Shown here: piece by piece, positions 49,816 to 61,965 of the stretch
How positions within the stretch are numbered: the stretch's first letter is position 1
Layout of the letters: each line of letters opens with the position of its first letter
Origin: Mobula hypostoma
Lineage: Eukaryota
NCBI RefSeq assembly: GCF_963921235.1
Contig: NC_086097.1
Coordinates: 230,332,001-230,396,000, forward strand
Length of the DNA: 64,000 bases
Reading direction: 5' to 3'
Translations under genes and position numbers: made by a program
Notes under the pieces: generated by a model
The model's input: the letters and a program-made list of their open reading frames with translations, nothing else
What the model was told of the DNA's origin: nothing
Databases searched by the model: none

Positions 49816-52347
49816 GCTAAATTAAACTGAACTAAACTGAACATTCCCAGACTGTTCCAAGGACTCTGTGGTTCAATGTTTAATATTCTATGTGTTATTC
49901 ACTCTTATTTTTGCTGTTTGCACAATTTGTGTTTTTTTTTGCACATTGGGTGTTTGGTGTTTTCTTGAACGGGTTCCATGATGCTTCCTTGTTTGGTGAC
50001 TGTCTGTGGGGAAGACAAATCTCAGGGTTGTATACTGCATACATACTTTGATAGTAAATGTACTTTGAATCATACTGACAGTGCCAGGATGAGATAGAGG
50101 TATTTCTCTCAGATGCTTAACTCCATGAGAACTTAGCCCCACAGCGAGGGGACTGGTTTGATGGCCATGAGTGTTTCTGTGTGCAGTGTGTGATTCTGCC
50201 AAGTGCCCATCTTCAGACCGAAAACATTTACTGCCAGTCAGCATGGCTAAAGCTTCAAGAGGAGAAAGTTTAAACTTTTTTAAGTACCACTATATACTTC
50301 AAACAATGGATAGATGGGCTAAGAGAGATGAATTGTAACATTTTAACAATCTGTAGGCTGGCTTTGGCTAGGACCCAATAAGGGGAGAAAACAGACTTCA
50401 TTAATAAAAAGTTAAACTTGGCAAGAACATCATCAGCTTTGTGGTGTGGCTGAGGGCCAAAAGAATTCCAACAGAGTCTTCAATGTTTTATACAAAGGAC
50501 TGCATAGCCGGGCAAATCACATTCACATAATTAATGACTTTGACTTTCAAGTTGCATTTGAAAGCACTAACGGAAATTATTTAAGGGATTTTTACCATGA
50601 ACACTGAAGTGACCTGGACAATTTCTTCCAGAAAAAGGTTCAGCAACCCATCACATGGATTTTAATAGCAATAGGTTAATTGCAGTTAATCAGATGCCTT
50701 TTATTAAATTCCACATTGTTTCCCATATCCTTTATTCCACTTGGCTGGGAAAAGCCAAGGTATCTGGGGTTAAGGATTATTCTGGAGTTATTTGTTTATT
50801 GAAATGCAGCGCAGACTAGTCCCTTCAAGCAATCTCCCAGTTTTAATCCTAGCCTAATCACGGGACAATTTACAATGACCGATTAACCTACCAAAGAGTA
50901 GGTCTTTAGACTGTGGGAGCACCCAGAGCAAACCCACGTGGTAACGGGGAGAACATACAAACTCCTTATAGGCAGTGGTGGGAATTGAACCTGGGTCACC
51001 TACACTGTAAAGCATTGTGCTAACCACCACACTGCTGCCCAGTACGAAATTACAGATAGCAGACATTAATTAAAATGAGGGCATAAGATACTGCAGACCT
51101 GAATTCAGGAAATAAAGGCTGTATTTAACTTCAACTGATATTTTTAGGCTATTGAAACCAATCATTGGGCTTAGGATACGTATTCTGATTCTGTATCACT
51201 GAAATTATGCAGAGGAAGGCAAAACACGCTTTTCCCCCCTTCAGGTTGGATGAGACTAAAATTAAAGGTCATAGATTTAGGGGGAAAAGGTGAAATATTT
51301 ACAGGGCCTCTGAGGGGAACTTTTCACTCAGTGGGTATTGGGAATGTGGAATGAGCTGCAAACATAATTGGTGGATGTGAGTACATTAATCGTGGGCTTT
51401 CACATGTCATCTCAGTTTCAGACTAGTCAATACTTAAACAGATTAACAGTTCCCAGTACAGGGTATAACAAAATCACTGCATTAAACCTGTCTGGAATAT
51501 TGATTTCATTACGAGTGAAACAGTACTCTCTGGTATTACTTGGTCTAATGTGGTGACATGCACCTCATAAGAACATACCACCATCTGTGGCGTGGCCCTG
51601 ATTTTGGATATCTAAAATACAGTTTCCTAGGTGTCAAATTAAAGGAGACTGATGCAGCCATTCTCAAACAAATTTATCGAAAAGGTCATATTCAACATGT
51701 ATTGTACAAACAAATCCCCCTGAAACCTTGCTCGACATAAAGCTCTTTTTAATAAATACGAGTAGAGATGCTGGAGATAAAGATTAAGAACACTGAGCTC
51801 TGAGCACATGTAGCTGTTGTAAATGATGTGTTAACATTGTCTTTTGACACAGAAGAAAATTATTTAATTTGTCCTTCCAATTTAACCACATATATTACAA
51901 TAGGATGAAATATTCTTTGCTTTTGAAATGAGTTTCATTTCATACTCTCCTGCTACAGAAGCTGATAATAGTGTCATTTTCCTGCCTCTTTTTAAGTATC
52001 CAAGCAGCTGTGCACAGCAGCTAAGATTTAGTCCCATTACTGTTGGACTCCTGGTAATGTAAACACCAAAATGCAACAGATGATGGATTCATCTATAAAT
52101 AGCAACCCTACCCAAAGAGTTCAAAAATTCAATGGAAGAAGTCTGCAGGGGCTAAACAAACTTAGTCTAACAGTCAAGATATTCCTGATCAGTCCAGACT
52201 GAAATAAAACACGATTATTAAACAGATTATTTTAAAAGGTAAGTTTGTTATAAAACAACAACAACTTGAGGTTACTTGACAAGTTTTGAAGACTATATTG
52301 ATCTAAATCAGGGAAATCTGTCAACACCACTTTGATAAAGTGTGCAC

Positions 52348-53209
52348 TGTGACGAGAATACACATAAATTAAGATGTTTGCTGGCCTGGGCTGGCAACAG
52401 TGGCATCAGCAGTTGGTCTGCCACCTGTCCTCAGGGGAGGGAGAGATAAGGAACACAATGAAGCAGCATTTGGAGATATTAATGAAGGAGCCATCAGTCT
52501 GGGTATTGTCAAGATCGGCTCCCCCTTTGAACCCTGAACTGTTTGAAGTGATGGACAGGCGATACCCCAGCAGGGGGATAAAAAGGGACAGGTTCACTAA
52601 GGCAACACACACGACACCCCGAGGTAACAAGACCCTGGAAGCGGTGCGCCTCTCACAAGTCGGTGGGAAGCTCTTGGACAGCTGATCGCGTGATCAGCCT
52701 TAGACGCACAGGGTGGAAAGGTACGATCAGCGGGAACCCGGTGTGTGTCCGCCCTTGCTTGGGTGCCAGGTTCACTGCAGAGGATCGACCGCATCTGGAG
52801 GAGGGGTCACAATCGGTGACCTCAGGTGACATCACAAAGGATCCGCCCGAAAGCTGCTTGTGAGTAATATCGCTGGTCTGTGAGTGGAAGCCGTTCTCGT
52901 TCTCTCTCTCCCTCCCCCCACTGTCCATCGCCATGGCAACGATTACTGCGAACTGAACTAAATTGAACTGGACTTTGTGTCACTTTGAAACTGGTCATTT
53001 ACCCCTAGACAACGATAGAGCTTGATTGATCCTGAATTCTGTGTACATGTATGTTTATCATTGCTGAACTGTTGCATTCATTATCCTTTTGATTAAGAGT
53101 ACTGTGTTGCTTGTTTCTTTAATAAAACTTTCTTAGTTCTAGTAATCCAGACTCCAACTGAGTGATCCATTTCTGCTGGTTTGGCAACCCAGTTACGGGG
53201 TACGTAACA
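52348..53209 (+). mobile_element. Solo LTR (862 bp), same family as 37319-38180
   Basis: TGTGACG...CGTAACA termini; perfect 4-bp TSD GCAC (52344-52347 / 53210-53213); high identity to the other copy apart from a few indels. Confidence 0.9.
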
Positions 53210-53284
53210 GCACTAACAGAACTGAAAATCTGACCTACATTGATGATAACTGCAACATGCACATCTTTAAATGTTTGATTATAC

Positions 53285-55030
53285 TGTGGAGCTTCAGGGC
53301 CGTGGTTGACTGCTCAACCCTGGATTCCAAGCAGCCAGCACTACTAATCATTCTTGTTTTAAATGCACTCGTGGAATTATGGTGAGATGCTCAAGTTCAT
53401 TTGTTGCTACACCTTAGCTCGGGTTATACCGTGTGCTTGTGGGTCACCCCGATTGCAATTGGGGTGTTTGATAATCACCTCCCCCGTCTGTATGTGACTG
53501 AGTGGATTTATCACCAAGCGATGGTGCTGTCTGTTATTGTGCTTGTCACAATAAAAACAACAGTTGAAATAAACAAGCTCTTCTCATCTGTCATGGACCA
53601 AATCCTTGCCACATTGGTGTCAGGAGTGGGATTAGAAATCGACGGTGAAATTGAAGAGCTGTGATGTCAGATGGAGCACCTTTAAGACCCGGGGGACAAG
53701 TCGAGGGACTGAGTGGGATACCTTCCCTGCACCCCCAGGCCAGAGTCCCCAGCCCGGTGGGAGAGCGTCGTGCCTTCCCAGGGAACCCCGATGGGGGCAA
53801 GTGTACCCTGACTCCTCAACCCCGGGGAATACAGCGGAGCACGTCACCCGCCACCCTAGCTGGGGGAACCAAGACACCGCAGCCATGGGAGGACAGGCGA
53901 AGCAGCAGGCATGACCTACACTGCCGGAGAAACGGGAGGACCAACAGGCCCCAGCAATTAATGCCACGATGTCCACCCTGAAGCTCTCCACATACAAGGC
54001 ACCGGCTGCCTGAAGCCTTACCTGGAGTGAGGAATGCTGGAAGAGCCCAATGGGTTGCTGTTCTGACAGTGGCAGTTTTCTGACCGTGACAGTCATCTCC
54101 TGCAGCTGGTGCTCCCCCACCCCCCCAGGAGCTTCGCACTATGGTGCTGCGGTCAAAGCACGTGCTTTTGGGGGCTGGCCATTTCGGGGTCACAAAGACA
54201 GTGGGCAAGCTGTGTGAACGCTCCTATTGGCTTGGCCACCAGGCAGATCGTGGAGACGTTCATGCACTGCTGTGACGCTTGCATGTCCCAGAAAGGGCCA
54301 GGCGGCCAGTCTGGGGTGCCAATGCAGTCGTACCTGGCGGGGGCACCAGTATGGGTCTACTGCCCCACCCTGAAGGAACTATTTCTCAAGCTTGGAAGCC
54401 GCTGAAAGGGGCCAAGAGAGTTGCTCGACCGCATCGCCAATGTGGTAAACTGGACGCTTTTGCCTGAGTGGCAGAAGGCAGTTGTTGTGCTGCACCGGGA
54501 TTGGCTGACACCGTATCAGCTCTTGACCAACGAGACTTGAGGAAGGAAGTGATACTCTGGGTGCCCTGCCTCTTGCCTCACCAATCAGTGCCTCCCCTGT
54601 GGGCAGCTGCACTCCCCAGCACTCCAGGTGGCGGTGTCGACCACCACTGGGACTTTTGGCCTTTGTTGTGGACTACGGGTTTGTTGGGGACGGCTGACCC
54701 CTCAGGTGGGGGCAGTGTGGCGCTCCGGGGGTGCGGTCGTCCCAGCATTCCTAGCAGTCAGCACTACTTGTTTTCCTTGTTTTAAAATGAGTTCATGGAA
54801 TTATGGTTCATGGTTACATTTTAGCTTGGGTTATACAGTTGTTGGCTTGCGTGTTTGTGGGTTACCCTGACTGGAATCGGAGTGTGTAATAATCACCTCC
54901 CCCAACTGTATGTGACTGAGTGGGTTCTCACCGAGTGATGGTGCCGTCTGTTACTACGCTTGTCGCAATAAAAATAGCAGTCGAGATAAATGGACTCACC
55001 TCGCCTATCGTGGACCAAACGCTCGCCACA
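53285..55030 (+). mobile_element. Internally deleted Ty3/Gypsy LTR retrotransposon
   Basis: 5' LTR 53285-53613 and 3' LTR 54716-55030 (TGTGG...CCACA); TSD atac/atat; PBS 53615-53633; PPT aggtgggggcag; integrase zinc-finger remnant GHFGVTKT..KLCERSYW...VETFMHCCDAC and C-terminal VVLHRDWLTPY. Confidence 0.88.
53615..53633 (+). promoter_or_regulatory. Primer-binding site complementary to the 3' end of tRNA-Leu(CAG)
   Basis: TGGTGTCAGGAGTGGGATT, 1 nt after the 5' LTR; reverse complement of ...AATCCCACTCCTGACA-CCA (vertebrate tRNA-Leu-CAG as recalled). Confidence 0.85.
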
Positions 55031-56477
55031 ATATTTTGTATTCAAAGTTTTGATATCATGGACTTGTTCAAAAGCAAAGCCATATTATACCTTCCAAAGG
55101 CAAATACGTATCTTTAACAGATCTAGAAGGCAGGCACCATTATGAGTGGGCAACTGAATAGTGGTTAGCACAACGCTTGATAGTACAGGTGACGTGGGTT
55201 CAGTTCCCAATGCTGCCTGTAAGGAGCTTGTACATTATTCTCGTTACTGTGTGGGTTTCCTCTGGGTGCTCAAGTTTCCTCCTCCCCCCGTCCAAAGACA
55301 TACTGATTGGTAGATTAATTGGTCATTGTAAATTGTCCTGTGATTTGGCAGGGATTAATATACTTAAAAAAAAATCAGGAGGTTGCAGGGCAGCATGGCT
55401 TGAAGGGCCAGAAGGACCCAATCTGTGCTGTATCTCAATAAACAAATAAAAGCAGATAAATAGGCAAATATATGAAAAATAATAGATCATACACTTCACC
55501 GTGTTCTCAATATATAAATAAATACATCCACTACTTATGTTTGCTGTCCTTTTGATTTTAAATGATTTACTGGCAGAGTGAAACATTCAACTGTTTCAAA
55601 GCCAGCCAGTCTTGTGGCGGCTGGCAGATGATTACCAAGAGAATATTTATGTTTGCTGCCAAGCATGAGTGCTTCAAAAGACAAATAGGACCAGACTGGT
55701 CTGACAGAAATACAACGGCATTCATTCTGAAACAATAAGAGATGTGCTCCAATGAGAAGACTACTGCACAGAAATTAGAGCTCATCCTGTCATGCTAACT
55801 ATACAGCATATTTGCCATTAACTGTGGGACTGAGATCCATAAAATTGGAAGAAAAAATCCTTTCCCCCCCCCAAAATAAAGAGGTTGACATTACTTACTC
55901 TGTTAAACCTGACCCCAAGCAGCAACTATCTACAGAGGTTGCAAGCCCTGCATCTATGCCACAAGGAAGCATCCGAAGCAGGACCCTGGCTTTACTGATC
56001 CCTCCCGGCAGCCACATTACAAATGCAGTACCAAAGGTTGAAATGATAAGAGTTCAAGGTTGTGGCTTGCTTCCCGCAAGGATAGGGGCGGGAGAGGTTG
56101 TTGGGGTAGTGAATCTGTAGAAATCATTGCTGCAGACGGCGGTGGAACCCAAGTCACTGGGTATATTTAAAGCAGAGGTTGTTAGGTTCTTCATTAGTAA
56201 GGATGTCAAAGGTTTTAGGGAGAACAGTTTGAGAGAGATAATAAATCAGCTATAATGGGATAGTATAAATGACTCAATGGGCTGAATGGCCTAATTCTGC
56301 TCCTATGTCTTATAGTCTTAATGCAAAAATCACAGTACGCACAGCTCTGTAGTGTTCAAATACGAGAGACCAGGTAATGATGCACTAACCAAGACAGAAC
56401 CTACACGATGATGGATCAGAAGTAAGATCAGCCTTTCAAATCTTTGTGTGCTTGGCTCTTGGCTTTACTGGGACCTT

Positions 56478-56801
56478 GCTCATTAACAAGGCATTTTTGC
56501 CTACAGAAATGTCACTCACTGGATGTCTTTTTGTCTTTCGCACCATGCTCTGAAAACTCTACAGACTCCAGGAGATCAGCAGATACTGAGATAATTCAAA
56601 ACACCTTGTCTGGCACCAACAATTATTCCGTGGACAAAGTCACTGAGATCACATTTCTTCCCCATTCTGATGTCTGGTCTGAACAACAACTGAACCTCTT
56701 GACCACGTCTGCATGCTTTTATGCATTGAGTTGCTGCCACATGATTTTTGCATTAACAAGGGGGGGTATGCAGGTGTACCCAATAAAGTGGCCACTGAGT
56801 G
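56478..56801 (-). mobile_element. Partial copy of the non-autonomous Tc1 family seen at 2004-2563
   Basis: Ends aataaagtggccactgagtg-TA; inverted similarity to 2004-2350. Confidence 0.7.
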
Positions 56802-57964
56802 TACATCAGTGATAATAAACCTGATTCTGTTATCATATGTGCAATATTGCCTGAAAATGTGAATCTTGCTAAAGAGGAGTGGGCCTGGAACTAGAGTCAA
56901 TGAGATGAATCTTTCTTTGGTCCAACTTCAGAATAGGTGTGATTGCAACACCAAACTGTCACTGTTGCTATGCTACTAAAACGCATTCCAAGCCAAATAG
57001 CATCGTAGATTCTATCCAATGCTTGGAATTGAAATATTATTGTCAAATGTACAGTGAAAAGCTTTTCTTGCATATTGTTCACACAGCTCAATTCATTATA
57101 CAGTGCAATGACGTATGGCGAGGTAAAACAGAAACAATGTAGAATAAATTGTAGCAGCAACAAAAACAGAAAGTGCATTTCAGGTGGACCATGAGGTACG
57201 CAGTCTTAATGAGGTAGACAGTGGTGTTGAGAGTCTAACTTATTGTACTGGGGAGCCATTCAATAGTTTTATAACAGGAAGGTGGAAGCTGTCTTGGAGA
57301 CTCATGGTATTTGCCTTCAAGCTTTTGTCTCTTCTGCCTGACGGGAGAGGGGAAAAGAGAGAATGCCTGGGCTAGATGGAGTCTGTGATTATGCTGGCTG
57401 CTTTACTGAGGCAGCGAGAAGTGTGGACAGGGCCACAGACAGACAATGTTTAAACATTGTGTGGCTTTACAATCCAATATATTTTACATTGCAGAGTCTA
57501 ACCTCCTCATGTCATTACAGCCATGTCTCTATTCACCAAAATGGAATAGTTCCAAGAAAATATTTCTCCTTTAAAAATAAGTTTTTTAAAAAATAAAAGT
57601 TGTAACAGCTCGGTCAAATAGATTATGGATATCTTGAAACAAGTCTATTCCTAGGCTCAGAAACACGAGCAAATCTGCAGATACTGCAAATCTGAAGCAA
57701 AACACATAAAATGCTGGAAGAAATCAGCAGGCCAGGCAGCATCTGTGGAAAAGGTTCCATGGATGCTGCCTCACCTGCTGAGTCCCTCCAACATTTTGGG
57801 TATTCCTATGTTATTTATACCTGTGAAAAACACCTTCTTAAATTTAAGATACGTACTCTAAGTTAAAATAATTATAGCAACATTTCACAAATCAAGCATT
57901 TGTAAATGAAGGAATTACTCCACTAGTACAGTTAAACATTGCCGAGAAACAAGGCCGTAATGGA

Positions 57965-59818
57965 GTCATAGAGAAGTACAGCACAGAATCAGGCCCTTCA
58001 GCCCATCTAGTCCATGCTGAAACTATTTAAACTGCCTACTCCCATCAATCTGCACTGGAACCATAGCCCTTCATACCCCTACCATTCATGTACCTATCCA
58101 AACTTCTCTTAAACATTGAATTCGAGCTGGCAGGCATCACTTGCGCTGACAGCTCATTTCACACTCTTACCACCCTCTGAATGATGAGGTTTCCCCTCAT
58201 GTTCCACTTAAACCTCACCTTTCACACTTAACCCATGACCTCTAGTTGTAGTCCCACCCAACCTCACAGGAAAAATCCTGCTTGCATTTACCCTATCTAT
58301 ACTCCTCATAATTTTGTATACCTCTTATGAAATCTACTCTCAATCTTCTATGTTCCAAAGAACATAGTCCTATCCTATTTCCTTATAATTCAGATCCTCT
58401 AGACCTGGTAACATCCTTGTAAATTTTCTCTGCACTCTTTCATCTTTACAGATTCCATCTTTACAGTAGGTAGGTGACCAGATCTGCACACAATACTCCA
58501 AATTAGGCCTCACCAGTGTCTTATACAACTTCAATATAACATCCCATCTTCTGTACTCAATACATTGATTTATGAAGGCTATTATGCCAAAAGCTTTCTT
58601 TACAACCCTATCTACCTGTGACTCCACTTTCAACGAATAATGGACCTGTATTCCCAGATCCTTTTGTTCTACCACTCACCTCAATGCTCTCCTGTTCACT
58701 GTGTAAGACCCACCCTGGTTGGTCTGACCAAAGTGCAAAACCTGTCAGCATTAAACTTCCCAGCTCTTAGCTTCATCCTTCCCCCTCCTGTCTTCTCCTA
58801 TCATTTCCGGTCTCCCCCTCCCCCTCTCAAATCTCTTACTACCTCTTTTTTCTGTTAGTCCCGATGAAGGGTCTCAACCCAAAACATCGACTGTACTTCT
58901 TCCTATAGATGCTGCCTGGCCTGATGCGTTCCACCAGCATTTTGTGTGTGTCGCTAGCATTAAATTCCATCTACCATTTTTCAGCCCATTGTTCCAGCTG
59001 GTGCAGATCCCTCTGCAAGCCATGACAACCTTCCTCACTGTCCACTACACCCCCAGTCTTGGTGTCATCCACAAATTTGCTGATCCAGTTAACCACATTA
59101 TCATAGATCATTGATATAGATGACAAACAACAAAAGGACCCAGAACCGACCCCTGCAGCACTCCACTAACCCTGGGCCTCCAGTCAGAGAGGCAACCCTC
59201 AGCTACCACTCTTGAGCTTTTCCCACAAAGCCAATGTCTAATCCAGTTTACTACCTTTCCTGAATGCCGAATGACTGAGCCTTCTTGACCAGCCTCCCAT
59301 GTGGGACCTTGTCAAATTCCTTACTGAAGTCCATGTAGACAATATCCACTGCCTTCCCTTCATCCACTTTCTTGGTAACATCCTCGAAAAACTCTGTAAG
59401 ACTGATTAGACTCGACCTACCACACATGAAGCCATGCTGACTAACCTTAATCAGTCTGTGTCCATCCAAATACTTATATGTCCAGCCCCTTAGAATACCT
59501 CCCAATAACTTTCTCACTGCTGATGTCAGACTCACCAGCCTATAATTTCCAGTTTATGTTTAGAGCCTTTTTTAACAATGGAAAAATATAGGCCATCCTC
59601 CAATCCTCTGGTACCGATCTTATCGCTAAAGATATTTTAAATATTTGTGCAAGGCCCCTGCAATTACTGCACTTGGCTCCCTAGGGTCCAAGGGAACACC
59701 TTGCCAGGCCCTGGGGATTTATCCACCCTGATTTACCTCAGGGTAGCAAGCACCTCCTCCTCTGTAATGTGCACAGGGCGCACAAAGTTGTTGCCGCTTT
59801 ACCTCACTTCTTATAGAC
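57965..59818 (-). mobile_element. CR1 LINE (~1.65 kb of RT and 3' UTR) interrupted by a PLE pLTR fragment
   Basis: ORFs 59251..59535 (QHGFMCGRSSLISLTEFFE...YMDFSKEFDKVPH) and 58370..58675 (LYKTLVRPNLEYCVQIWSP). Confidence 0.85.
58756..58955 (+). mobile_element. PLE pseudo-LTR fragment inserted into CR1
   Basis: Perfect 9-bp TSD agcattaaa (58747-58755 / 58956-58964); decayed hammerhead motif at ~58857-58893. Confidence 0.8.
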
Positions 59819-60578
59819 TTTGAAACCATCTCCCGTGGCTGTTCACCTCAATAATAAGTATATAGTTTTGGACACTGTTGAAGGGGATGATCTACAAGGG
59901 GGGAGCTGCAGCAACTGGATCTTTGGGACTGAGCCAGGGGATGTGGCTCAGAAGAGAAGAGGGGTGAAGAGGATTGCAGTAGTAATCCGAGATGCCAGAG
60001 TCACAGGAATGGAGGTGAGATTCTGTGGATACACCTCGATGGTATGCCATCACTCAGGTGCCAAGGTCACGGATGTCTCTGATCGGGGGAGGGTGAGCAG
60101 CCAGAAGTCTTGGGAAATATTGGCACTAATGACAGAGGTAGGAAAGGTAAGGAGGTCCTGAAGACAGATTTTAGGGAGCTAGGCAGACAGCTGAAAAGGT
60201 GGATCTCCAGGGTAGTAACCTCTGGACTGCTGCCTGTACCACATGCCAGTGAGGGTTAGAATAGGAGCATTTGCCAGATTAATATGTGGCTGAGGAACTG
60301 GTGCTGGGGACAGGGGTTCAGATTTCTGGATCATTGGGATCTCTTCTGGGGAAGGTATGACCTGTACAAAAGGGTCGGGCTCCAACTGAACCCAAGGTGG
60401 ATAGATTTGTTAGATCTGTTCAGGAGAGTTTAAACTAATTTAGTGGGGGATGGGAACCAGAGTGATAGGGCTGAGGATGGGCTAGTTGATTTACAAACAG
60501 AGGCAGTGTGCAGTGAGACTGCTAGCAAAGAGAAGCTGATGACAGGGCAAAATTGTAGTCAATAGGATGAGTTGCAAT

Positions 60579-61434
60579 TGTTACATACCTCAAGGAGATC
60601 TGTCATTTTTTTTTGTGAGAATGATGTAATGGTCTTTTGGAGGTCACCTGATGTAATTTTCCCACCGATGTGAGGTCACGTGATGACATGTGCACTATGG
60701 GTATACGGGTATATAAGAGAAGACCTCAGACGATGCAGTTAGTTTTTAGTTTTCCAGCTAGAACGTTGATGTGTCTCCGTTTCTGTTGCGTATTTGTTTT
60801 TATGACGCGGTTTCAACTTTAAAACGGAGTGTTACGTTCGAAGGATTGAGAGGAGTCGGTATCGTTCGACAGTTTAACAAAGGATCGACGTTATTGAGTC
60901 TTCGTTGAAGGAGTAGTGACCTGCACTGAGGATAACTCTTGCCAAAATAACAAGGTAGTTCATGCAAGGTGCTCTCTAGAATTTAAGGTCAGTTGTTTTA
61001 AACTGTTTATTTCCTGCATCGTGAATCCTTTGGACAGAACCAACAGGAAAGTCGCGTCTATGAAGAAATCCTTCTCCAGAGAAGTCTCTCCCAATTGAAC
61101 GTATAAATCTGTTGGATTTTTGAATCTATCATTTTAAGAACTATATCTGACTTTACCGCTTTAAGAACTGTTTTCGCATTTAACACTTTAAGAACCAGTG
61201 CCGAGTGACGATTTGTTGAACGGCTGCATAGCGGTTAATTTCCGTTTAAGGTAAACAACAGGAATTCTGCAGATGCTGGAAATTCGAGCAACACACATAA
61301 AAGTTGCTGGTGAACGCAGCAGGCCAGGCAGCATCTCGTTTGTTTTTTTTATTGTTTATCCGTATTTAATAAATGTTTGGTTGTTTTTATATAACCTGTC
61401 TCAATTGATATTCAATGTTGCCGGTTATGTAACA
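60579..61434 (+). mobile_element. Solo LTR of a second family inserted in CR1; contains a PLE tip at ~61250-61337
   Basis: Perfect 9-bp inverted termini TGTTACATA / TATGTAACA; TSD caat/caac; TATA gggtatataag ~60707-60717; AATAAA ~61368. Confidence 0.8.
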
Positions 61435-61497
61435 CAACGTAAAAAAGGACAAAGTCAAAAAGGGTGATGAATAAAGGACTGAATGCACGCAGTATAA

Positions 61498-61965
61498 GAC
61501 GCAAGACCATAAGATATAGAAGCAGAGCTAGGCCATTCAACCCATCGAGTCATCATCGTGGCTGATCCCAGATCCCACTCAACCCCATTCACCTGCCTTC
61601 TTGCCATATCCTTTGATGCCCTGACTGATCAGGAAACTATCAACTTCTGCCTTAAATATACGCAGGGACTTGGCCTCCTCCGCAGTCTGTGGCAGAGCAT
61701 TCCAAAGATTTACTACTCTCTGGCTAAAAAAATTCCTCCTTACCTCGGTTCTAAGGGGTCGCCCCTCAATTCTGAGGCTGCATCCTCTCCGCATCCAATC
61801 TATCTAGTCCTTTCAACGTTCAGTGGGTTTCGAAGAGATCTCCTGCATTCTTCTAAATTCCAGTGAGTACAGGCCCAAAGCTGCCAAACACTCCTCATAT
61901 GTTAACCCCTTCGTTCCCAGAATCATCCCGTGAACCTCCTCTGGACTCTCTCCAATGACAACACA
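61498..61965 (-). mobile_element. CR1 3' fragment inserted in the opposite orientation into the long CR1
   Basis: ORF 61579..61794 SLRIEGRPLRTEVRRNFFSQRVVNLWNAL...KAEVDSFL. Confidence 0.8.

Noticed and set aside
37319..53209. The two 862-bp LTRs as ends of a single 16-kb retroelement
   Set aside because: Each LTR has its own perfect TSD, no PBS follows the left LTR, no gag/pol lies between them, and the interval contains a host exon.
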